Shown: piece after piece, positions 55,182-62,060 of the stretch
How the letters are laid out: each line of letters begins with the position of its first letter
Position numbering within the stretch: the stretch's first letter is position 1
Source: an uncultured Gemmatimonadales bacterium
GTDB lineage: Bacteria > Gemmatimonadota > Gemmatimonadetes > Gemmatimonadales > GWC2-71-9
DNA length: 64,000 nt
Direction of reading: 5' to 3'
Assembly: GCA_963748815.1 (NCBI GenBank)
Contig: CAVVKJ010000010.1
Location: 320,001 to 384,000, forward strand
Translations under genes and position numbers: made by a program
The notes under the pieces: model-generated
Seen by the model: the letters and a program-made list of their open reading frames with translations, nothing else
The model's database searches: none
Told to the model about the DNA's origin: nothing

Positions 55182-56176
55182 CGCGCATCGGCGTACTCGG
55201 CGCGGGGAGCTGGGGGACGACGCTCGCCGACCTGCTGGCCCGGAAGGGCCACGAGGTCCGGCTCTGGGCCTACGAGGGCGAGGTGGTCGAGAGCATCAAC
55301 GCCCGCCATGAGAACGAGCTCTTTCTCGGGGGCCGGCCGCTCGACCCTCGGTTGGTCGCCTGCAGCGACCCCTTCGAGGCCATCGACGGCGCGCCGATCA
55401 TCCTGTCCGCCGCGCCGAGCCACGTGGCGCGGGCGGTGACGGCTCCGTTGGACCCGGGCGTGCGCAAGGACGCCATTGTCGTGAGCGCCACCAAGGGGAT
55501 CGAGGCGCCCGGCTTGAAGCTGCCGCACGAGGTGCTCGCCGAGAGTCTTCCTGGTCGGCCGTTCGTGGCGCTGTCCGGCCCGAGCTTTGCGGCCGAGGTG
55601 CACGAGGGACAGCCCACGGCCGTCGTGGCGGCGGCGCTCGATCCCGCGGTGGCCGCCGTGGTCCAGGAGGCGTTTTCGACGCCCCGGTTCCGGGTGTACT
55701 CGAACGACGACCTGATCGGTGTCGAGCTGTGCGGCGCGCTGAAAAACGTGATCGCCATTGCGGCGGGCATTCTGGAGGGGCTGGGGCTGGGGAACAATCC
55801 GCGCGCGGCGCTCATTACCCGGGGGCTGGCCGAGATGACCCGGCTGGGGCTCGCCATGGGGGCCAAGCCGATGACGTTTGCCGGGCTCGCCGGGATGGGG
55901 GACCTCATCCTGACCGCCACCGGCGGGCTGAGTCGCAACCGCGCCCTCGGCATGGCGCTCGCGCAGGGCGAGCGGCTGGAGCAGTACACGGCGACGCACC
56001 GCACGGTGGCCGAAGGGGTGAACACCGCCCGCTCGGCGGTGGGGCTGGCGGCGCGCCACGGCGTGGAGCTGCCGATCACGGAGCAGGTGGCCGCCATCCT
56101 CTTCGACGGCAAGGCGCCGAAGCAGGCCGTGGCCGACCTGATGGAACGGACCCTCAAGGCGGAGCAGTGGCGGTGA
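55178..56176 (+). CDS. gpsA: NAD(P)H-dependent glycerol-3-phosphate dehydrogenase
   Basis: GAGSWGT, TKGIE, LSGPSFA.EV, GALKNVIAI, GLAGMGDL.LT, SRN. Confidence 0.95.
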   Translation: MTRIGVLGAGSWGTTLADLLARKGHEVRLWAYEGEVVESINARHENELFLGGRPLDPRLVACSDPFEAIDGAPIILSAAPSHVARAVTAPLDPGVRKDAIVVSATKGIEAPGLKLPHEVLAESLPGRPFVALSGPSFAAEVHEGQPTAVVAAALDPAVAAVVQEAFSTPRFRVYSNDDLIGVELCGALKNVIAIAAGILEGLGLGNNPRAALITRGLAEMTRLGLAMGAKPMTFAGLAGMGDLILTATGGLSRNRALGMALAQGERLEQYTATHRTVAEGVNTARSAVGLAARHGVELPITEQVAAILFDGKAPKQAVADLMERTLKAEQWR

Positions 56177-56547
56177 CTCACTCCCAGCCGGCCCAGGAAT
56201 TCTTCTCCATCGGCGAGGTCTGCGCGCTGACGGATCTCAAGCCGCACGTGCTGCGGTATTGGGAGAGCCAGTTCCGGTTCCTCAACCCCGCGAAGAATCG
56301 CTCGGGCAACCGCGTCTACAAGAGCCGCGAAGTCGAGCTCATCATGCTGGTCAAGCACCTGCTGTACAGCGAGAAGTACACCATCGAGGGGGCACGCCAG
56401 AAGATCGAGCAGTATCGCCGCACGGGGGAGCTGCGCGGCACGGCCAAGCGCGCGATGGGGTCGGAGACGGTCCGGGAGCTGCGGCAGGAGGTCGAGGACG
56501 TCCTCAAGGTGCTCGAGGGTCGTGACGGCGCCAAGGGCGGCGGCTGA
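56173..56547 (+). CDS. MerR-family transcriptional regulator
   Basis: FSIGEV, HVLRYWE, G.R.Y, YTIEGA. Confidence 0.88.
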   Translation: MTHSQPAQEFFSIGEVCALTDLKPHVLRYWESQFRFLNPAKNRSGNRVYKSREVELIMLVKHLLYSEKYTIEGARQKIEQYRRTGELRGTAKRAMGSETVRELRQEVEDVLKVLEGRDGAKGGG

Positions 56548-57296
56548 TGCACATCCTGGTGAGCAACGACGACGGCATCCTCGCCCCGGGGATCGGGCTC
56601 CTCGCCGACGCCTGCCGCAGCGTGGGGCACGTCACCGTGGTGGCGCCGGACCGGGAACAGAGCGGCACCAGCCACTCGCTGACGCTGCATCGGCCGCTGC
56701 GCGCGGCGCTGCGCCCCGACGGGGCGTACCAGGTGGACGGGACGCCGACCGACTGCGTGCTGCTCGCGGTCAACGCCCTCCTGCCGGAGCGGCCCTCCTT
56801 CGTGTTCTCGGGCGTGAACCACGGCCCGAACATGGGCGAGGACGTCCTCTACTCGGGGACGGTGGCGGTGGCGATGGAGGCGGTCACCCTCGGCATTCCC
56901 GGCGTCGCCATCTCGTTCGCGGGGCACGATCCCGAGACGCTCGCGACCTACGGTCCCCTGTTGAAGCGGCTCGTGCAGCAGGTGGTGGCCGTGCCCGAAT
57001 TCCCGGCGGACACCCTGCTGAACGTGAACCTGCCCGCCGTGCCGGCCTCGGAGGTGAAGGGCACGATGGTCACGCGACTCGGCAGCCGGTTCTTCTCGGA
57101 GTCGCTTACGCGGATGAAGGACCCGTGGGGGCGCGAGATGTTCTGGGTGGGTGGGGGCACGATCACCTGGACCGGCGGGGAGGACTCCGACCACGGCGCC
57201 GTCGCGGAAGGCTACGTGTCCATCACGCCGCTGCACATGGACCTCACGCACTACCCATTGCTGGAAACGGTCAGGGAATGGCGGCTGGCGCTGTAG
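56547..57296 (+). CDS. surE: 5'/3'-nucleotidase SurE
   Basis: ILVSNDDG, QSG.SHS.T, GTPTDCV, SGVN.G.N.G.DV.YSGTV. Confidence 0.95.
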   Translation: MHILVSNDDGILAPGIGLLADACRSVGHVTVVAPDREQSGTSHSLTLHRPLRAALRPDGAYQVDGTPTDCVLLAVNALLPERPSFVFSGVNHGPNMGEDVLYSGTVAVAMEAVTLGIPGVAISFAGHDPETLATYGPLLKRLVQQVVAVPEFPADTLLNVNLPAVPASEVKGTMVTRLGSRFFSESLTRMKDPWGREMFWVGGGTITWTGGEDSDHGAVAEGYVSITPLHMDLTHYPLLETVREWRLAL

Positions 57297-57952
57297 GGGC
57301 GGGGGACAGCTACGGCGGGTATCGCGCGCGCCTGGTCAGCGAGCTGCAGGCCAAGGGGATTCGCGATCTCGCCGTGCTGCGCGCCATTTCCCAGGTGCCG
57401 CGTCACCTGTTCGTTCCCGCGAGCGTGCGGCACCGCGCCTACGAGGATTCCGCCCTCCCGATCGGCGGCGGGCAGACCATCTCCCAGCCGTGGGTCCAGG
57501 CCCGGTACCTCGAGGTCCTGGAGCTGACCGGCCGTGAGAAGGTGCTCGAAGTCGGCACCGGCTCCGGGTACCAGACGGCCCTCCTCGCCATGCTGGCCGA
57601 CACCGTCTTCAGCATCGAGCGAATCCAGTCCCTCGCCACCGAGGCGCGCACCGCGCTGGAGGGGGCGGGCATCCGGAACGTGACGGTGCTCGTGGGTGAC
57701 GGGACGCTCGGGTGGCGGCCGTACGCGCCGTATGACGCGATCCTGGTGGCCGCGGCGAGCCCATCGGTGCCGGCGCCACTCGTCGAGCAGCTCGCTCCCG
57801 GGGGCAGGCTCGTGATCCCGATCGGCGACCGCGACACGCAGGTGCTGCAACTGCTCCGGAAGGAGGGTGACCGGCTGGTGACCACCTCCCTGGGCGACGT
57901 CCGCTTCGTGCCTCTCCTCGGGGAGTTCGGCTTCCGTCCCTCCACCTCCTGA
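57278..57952 (+). CDS. pcm: Protein-L-isoaspartate O-methyltransferase
   Basis: VPRHLFV, AYED.ALPIG.GQTISQP, VLEVGTGSGYQ, APYDAI, VRFVPL. Confidence 0.95.
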   Translation: MAAGAVGAGDSYGGYRARLVSELQAKGIRDLAVLRAISQVPRHLFVPASVRHRAYEDSALPIGGGQTISQPWVQARYLEVLELTGREKVLEVGTGSGYQTALLAMLADTVFSIERIQSLATEARTALEGAGIRNVTVLVGDGTLGWRPYAPYDAILVAAASPSVPAPLVEQLAPGGRLVIPIGDRDTQVLQLLRKEGDRLVTTSLGDVRFVPLLGEFGFRPSTS

Positions 57953-57963
57953 CCGGCTGGTTC

Positions 57964-58587
57964 ATGCTTCACTCCGTCGTCCAGTGGCTCGTCGAGACCG
58001 TCTCGGCGCTTGGCTACCCCGGCATTGCCATCCTGATGGCCATCGAATCGTCCTTCATTCCGCTCCCGAGCGAAGTCGTCATGCCACCCGCCGGGTATCT
58101 GGCGGCGCAGGGCCGCATGGACCCCGTCCTGGCCGTCCTGGCGGGGACCATCGGCAGCGTGGTGGGGGCCCTCTTCAATTACTGGTTTGCCATCGTCGTG
58201 GGGGAGCCGTTCCTCCGGCGGTACGGGAAGTACTTTCTCGTCAGCAACGAGCACCTCGACCGGGCGGAGAGCTTTTTTGCCCGCCACGGCGAGATCAGCA
58301 CCTTCATTGGCCGGCTGGTGCCAGTGGTGCGGCAGCTGATCTCGATCCCGGCCGGGATGGCCAGGGTCGGGCTGGGGCGTTTCGTGGCCTTCACGGCGCT
58401 CGGGGCAGGGATCTGGTGCGCGGTGCTGGTGTATATCGGCTGGCTGCTTGGCCGTCACGAGGCTACGCTGGTGGAGGGGATGGTCGCGGCCTACAGCACC
58501 CGAGCGTTTCTCTACATGGTGCCCGTCCTTATCTTGGTGGTAATCGGGTATGTTGTGTGGCACCGTCGCCGGAGGAGCTCGCCGTGA
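57964..58587 (+). CDS. DedA-family membrane protein
   Basis: ESSFIPLPSEVVMPPAG, F.GRLVPVVRQLIS.PAG. Confidence 0.9.
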   Translation: MLHSVVQWLVETVSALGYPGIAILMAIESSFIPLPSEVVMPPAGYLAAQGRMDPVLAVLAGTIGSVVGALFNYWFAIVVGEPFLRRYGKYFLVSNEHLDRAESFFARHGEISTFIGRLVPVVRQLISIPAGMARVGLGRFVAFTALGAGIWCAVLVYIGWLLGRHEATLVEGMVAAYSTRAFLYMVPVLILVVIGYVVWHRRRRSSP

Positions 58588-58856
58588 GGCGAATTCGATT
58601 TGTGGTGACGGGGAGGGTGCAGGGGGTGGGGTTCCGGTGGTTTGTCAGGGCCGAGGCGCGGCCGCTCGGATTGAATGGCTGGGTCCGGAACCGGGACGAT
58701 GGGGCGGTGGAGGGGGAGGTCGAGGGCCGGGACGACGCGATCGAGGCGCTCATTCCCTGCCTGGAGGTGGGTCCCGCGAGCGCCATCGTCACGAATGTGG
58801 ACATCGCCGAGATTTCGGATGAGGCCCATCCATATAACAGATTTGAAATCAGATAG
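58584..58856 (+). CDS. acyP: Acylphosphatase
   Basis: V.GRVQGVGFR, GWVRN.DG.VE, GP, F.IR. Confidence 0.92.
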   Translation: MRRIRFVVTGRVQGVGFRWFVRAEARPLGLNGWVRNRDDGAVEGEVEGRDDAIEALIPCLEVGPASAIVTNVDIAEISDEAHPYNRFEIR

Positions 58857-58859
58857 TTA
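58835..58859. promoter_or_regulatory. 25-bp symmetric IHF-like motif (exact WATCARNNNNTTR match at 58847-58859)
   Basis: TAACAGATTTGAAATCAGATAGTTA. Confidence 0.45.
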
Positions 58860-58888
58860 GCCCATTGATGTGAGAGGAGTTCGAAGCG

Positions 58889-59419
58889 ATGCCCGAGTCC
58901 CTTCAGGAGAGAATCAAGAAGGCCCTTCGGCCGGTGCCCGACTACCCCAAGCTCGGCTCCACCTTCTATGACAGCGTCGAGGTATTCCGGCACGGTGCCC
59001 TGTTCAAGGAAGTCGTCGAGGCCATGTCGGCGCCCTTCGCGGGGCAGGGTGTTTCCCACGTGGTCGGCGTCGAACCCCAGGGCCAGATCCTCGGTGGGGC
59101 CATCGCGGTGTCACTGGGCGCCGGATTCATCTCGGCCCGGAAGCCGCGAAAGCTGCCGTGGGTCCAGGTCCGCCAGGTCTATTCGCTGGAATACGGCGAT
59201 GACTCGCTGGAGGCCCGCCGCGATGACTTCGTGGGAGCCGACAAGGTGATCGTCGTCGACGATCTCCTCTCCTCGGGCGGCACGGCGGCGGCGGCGGGGG
59301 AGCTGGTGGGGGCGCTCCGCGGGACGCTGGTGGGCTACACCTTCATCATGGAAGCGCTGGCGGACGAGGGACGGGCAAAGCTCGGCGACGCCCCGGTCCA
59401 CGTGCTGGTGCAGATCTGA
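58889..59419 (+). CDS. apt: Adenine phosphoribosyltransferase
   Basis: PDYPK.G..F.D, RKP.KLP, YSLEYG, VVDDLL.SGGT. Confidence 0.88.
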   Translation: MPESLQERIKKALRPVPDYPKLGSTFYDSVEVFRHGALFKEVVEAMSAPFAGQGVSHVVGVEPQGQILGGAIAVSLGAGFISARKPRKLPWVQVRQVYSLEYGDDSLEARRDDFVGADKVIVVDDLLSSGGTAAAAGELVGALRGTLVGYTFIMEALADEGRAKLGDAPVHVLVQI

Positions 59420-59430
59420 GGAGTCCGGTG

Positions 59431-59460
59431 TTGACGCCTGATGGCCTAACCGGATATTCT
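59431..59460 (+). promoter_or_regulatory. Probable sigma70 promoter of tRNA-Arg
   Basis: TTGACG - 18 bp - TATTCT, 10 bp upstream of the tRNA. Confidence 0.6.
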
Positions 59461-59470
59461 TAAAGGCTTT

Positions 59471-59544
59471 GCCCCCGTAGCTCAGATGGATAGAGCAGCA
59501 GTTTCCTAAACTGTTGGCCGCGTGTTCGACTCACGCCGGGGGCA
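59471..59544 (+). tRNA. tRNA-Arg (CCT), CCA not encoded
   Basis: GCCCCCG/CGGGGGC acceptor, GCAGT-TTCCTAA-ACTGT anticodon arm, GCGTG-TTCGACT-CACGC T arm. Confidence 0.93.
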
Positions 59545-59588
59545 CCTGCGTGCGCATCGAACCTGTCACTGGCCGGTACCGGAGAATC

Positions 59589-60275
59589 ATGTCGAAGAAC
59601 GTTGCAGCCCCGAAAAAGAGTGAACTTGCCAAGGTGATGACCGAGACGAGTGACCCGATGGCCTGGGTGCGCACGCACCAGAGGCTCGTCATGGGCCTTG
59701 CGGCGGCGGTGGTCGTCGTCGCGCTGGGCACCTGGGTGGTCATCGAGACGGGGCAGCGCAGGCAGCTGCGGGCCGCGGAGGCGCTCGACCGGGCGCGGAG
59801 CATCGCCGAGTCGGGCAACCTCCCGCTGGCCGCCAGCGAACTGCAGAAGATCATCGAGACCTTCAGCGGCACCAACGCGGCGACCGAGGCGGTGGTGACC
59901 ATCAACCAGGTCCGGATGGTCAACGGCCAGAGCGAACTCGCCGTGGTGAGCCTCCAGGACTACCTGAAGACCAACCCGAAGAAGGTCTACAAGGTCCCGG
60001 CCCAGGGGCTCCTGGGCGAAGCGCTCGAGAACGCCGGCCGCCCGGAAGAAGCCGGGCAGGCCTACCTGGGCGCCGCCGCCGACGCCGACGTGGACTACCT
60101 GAAGGCGCAGTACCTCTTATCGGCGTCCCGCGCGTTCAGCAACGCTGGGAATGTCGACGAAGCGGTCAAGGCGCTGCAGACCATCCTCGACAACTACCCG
60201 AAGGCCAACGCCAACACCGAGGCCAAGGTGCGGCTGGCGGAGCTGACCGAAGGACGGATGACGCTGGCCAAGTAG
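59589..60275 (+). CDS. Membrane-anchored TPR protein (YfgM-like)
   Basis: Single N-terminal TM followed by TPR-like helices; GGAG SD. Confidence 0.75.
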   Translation: MSKNVAAPKKSELAKVMTETSDPMAWVRTHQRLVMGLAAAVVVVALGTWVVIETGQRRQLRAAEALDRARSIAESGNLPLAASELQKIIETFSGTNAATEAVVTINQVRMVNGQSELAVVSLQDYLKTNPKKVYKVPAQGLLGEALENAGRPEEAGQAYLGAAADADVDYLKAQYLLSASRAFSNAGNVDEAVKALQTILDNYPKANANTEAKVRLAELTEGRMTLAK

Positions 60276-60312
60276 ATAGTGGTCCACGGCTCAAGCCGCA
60301 GACCTTAGGATG

Positions 60313-60349
60313 AGGGCGGGGCTCCAACCGGGGTGCCGCCCTTCTTCTT
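60313..60349 (+). terminator. Intrinsic terminator-like hairpin
   Basis: AGGGCGG...CCGCCCT stem followed by TCTTCTT. Confidence 0.55.
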
Positions 60350-60362
60350 GGCCCATACAGCA

Positions 60363-60390
60363 ACGACGTATAAGATATGTTATGTTAAGT
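60363..60390 (+). other. dif: dif site (XerC/XerD chromosome dimer resolution site)
   Basis: ACGACGTATAA-GATATG-TTATGTTAAGT versus E. coli GGTGCGCATAA-TGTATA-TTATGTTAAAT; intergenic; gene strands converge here. Confidence 0.85.
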
Positions 60391-60395
60391 ACGTA

Positions 60396-60414
60396 GGTGG
60401 ATAACTGTGGACAA
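60396..60414 (-). promoter_or_regulatory. Tandem DnaA-box-like sequences
   Basis: GGTGGATAA (60396-60404) and TGTGGACAA (60406-60414), each 1 mismatch from TGTGGATAA. Confidence 0.5.
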
Positions 60415-60443
60415 GTGGCTCCCCCACCGAGAATTAGTTTTCC

Positions 60444-60468
60444 TAAGTTGTTCAATGGGAATTAGTTA
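60444..60468. promoter_or_regulatory. 25-bp symmetric IHF-like motif
   Basis: TAAGTTGTTCAATGGGAATTAGTTA (TAAG-N17-GTTA). Confidence 0.4.
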
Positions 60469-60504
60469 GAACGATAGACGCCGGCGTGGGAAATACCTGC
60501 CGTG

Positions 60505-60529
60505 CTCAGTCCTCAGTCCTCAGTCCTCA
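60505..60529. repeat. Heptamer tandem repeat (CTCAGTC) x3.5
   Basis: CTCAGTC CTCAGTC CTCAGTC CTCA overlapping the dapF stop. Confidence 0.85.
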
Positions 60530-61344
60530 AGCCTCCCCTCGAAGACCAGCCTCCCCTCGCCACGGAGCCAGACGTCGGTGGCCCTGCCCCCCTCGATTTT
60601 GGCCCTGACAGTCAGTTCCCGGCCGCTGCGGGAGGCGAAGGTGAGGGGCAGCTGGGCCTCTCCATCGGCCGCCAGGGCGACCGCCGCGGCGACCGTCCCG
60701 GTGCCGCAGGCCAGCGTCTCCCCCTCGACCCCTCGTTCGTAGGTCCGAATCCGCCAGGGGCCCCCTGAGCTGGCCGGCTCCGCGACGAAGTTGCAGTTGG
60801 CCCCCTTGGGGGCGATGGCCGGATCGAAGCGCTGCGCCCGGCCTCGGCTCGGGAGGTCGAAGCCCTCGATGTCCCGGACCCTTGTGACCAGGTGTTCGAC
60901 CCCGACCACCGCCTTCCGTATCCACGCTTCGCCCGGTTCCGGGGCCATCCCGTGTACCACGGCCGGGAGGGCGAAATCGGGGAGGTTGAGTTCGGCCAGG
61001 TCCTTCTCGCCAACGCAGCGGGTCGGGAAAGGCCCCGCCCCGGTCGCGAGCGTCATCCCCGAGGCGCGGGCCATGCCGAGGTGGGCGGAGAGCCTGGTGC
61101 TGCATAGGGCGGCGTTGCCGCACATGTTGGCCGGGCTGCCATCGCAGTTCCAGAAGGTCATGCGGACCCGGTCCTGGCCCTCGGGGGTCAGGATCAGGAG
61201 GCCGTCGGCCCCGACCCCGTCCCGCCGGTCGCAGACGGCGCGAATCCGCTCCGCCGGCCATTCCTCCGGGGTCGTCTCCCGGCCGTCGAGCATCACGAAA
61301 TCGTTGCCCGAGCCGGTCATCTTGTAGAAGGTCTCGCCGCTCAC
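60520..61344 (-). CDS. dapF: Diaminopimelate epimerase
   Basis: FYKM.G.GNDF, GVGADG, N.DGS..MCGN, N.NF, RTYERGVE.ETLACGTG. Confidence 0.93.
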   Translation of the reverse strand: MSGETFYKMTGSGNDFVMLDGRETTPEEWPAERIRAVCDRRDGVGADGLLILTPEGQDRVRMTFWNCDGSPANMCGNAALCSTRLSAHLGMARASGMTLATGAGPFPTRCVGEKDLAELNLPDFALPAVVHGMAPEPGEAWIRKAVVGVEHLVTRVRDIEGFDLPSRGRAQRFDPAIAPKGANCNFVAEPASSGGPWRIRTYERGVEGETLACGTGTVAAAVALAADGEAQLPLTFASRSGRELTVRAKIEGGRATDVWLRGEGRLVFEGRLED

Positions 61345-62060
61345 AGCTTCCCCACGATCGAGCGCAGCCGGATCCACCAGACCATCCAGATGGCCTCCCG
61401 GACGATCTTCTTGTTCATCTTGCTCTGCCCCTCGACCCGGTCGACGAAGACGATGGGAATCTCCATGATCCGGAAGCCCTTCTTCCACGCCCGGAAGCTC
61501 ATCTCGATCTGGAAGGCGTAGCCGTTGGACACCACCCGGTCGAGTTCAAGTGTCGCGAGAACCGACCTGCGAAAGCACTTGAAGCCGCCGGTGGAGTCCG
61601 TCAGGGGCAGCCCGGTGATCCACCGGGCATAGATGTTGGCGCCGTAGGACAGCAGCAGCCGGCTCATCGGCCAGTTGATGACATTGACCCCGCTCTTGTA
61701 CCGCGACCCGATGACGAGGTCGGCGCCCTCGGCGGCGGTGAGGAACTTGTTGAGGTACTTCGGATCGTGGGAAAAGTCCGCGTCCATCTCGAAGATGAAG
61801 TCGTAGTCCCGCTCCAGCGCCCAGCGGAATCCGGCCAGATAGGCCTTCCCGAGCCCCTCCTTGGCACTCCGGTGGAGGCAGTGAATCCGCGAATCCTCCT
61901 CCCCCATCCGGTCGGCCAGCTCACCGGTGCCATCGGGCGACCCGTCGTCCACGACAAGGACCTCGATGCGAGGGTCCTGGCGCAGGATCTCGGGGACGAT
62001 CTGCGGGAGGTTCTTGATCTCGTTGTAGGTCGGCACGACCACCAGGACGCGATCAGCCAC
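61341..62060 (-). CDS. Polyprenol-phosphate glycosyltransferase (GT2, Ppm1/DPM1-like)
   Basis: VPTYNE, VVDDGSPDGT, GLGKAY..GF, EMDADFSHDP, D.TGGFK, GYAFQIE. Confidence 0.9.
   Translation of the reverse strand: MADRVLVVVPTYNEIKNLPQIVPEILRQDPRIEVLVVDDGSPDGTGELADRMGEEDSRIHCLHRSAKEGLGKAYLAGFRWALERDYDFIFEMDADFSHDPKYLNKFLTAAEGADLVIGSRYKSGVNVINWPMSRLLLSYGANIYARWITGLPLTDSTGGFKCFRRSVLATLELDRVVSNGYAFQIEMSFRAWKKGFRIMEIPIVFVDRVEGQSKMNKKIVREAIWMVWWIRLRSIVGKL

Noticed and set aside
60276..60519. Region as oriC
   Set aside because: Only two imperfect DnaA boxes, genes converge rather than diverge, no dnaA/dnaN/parAB nearby, and a clear dif motif is present.
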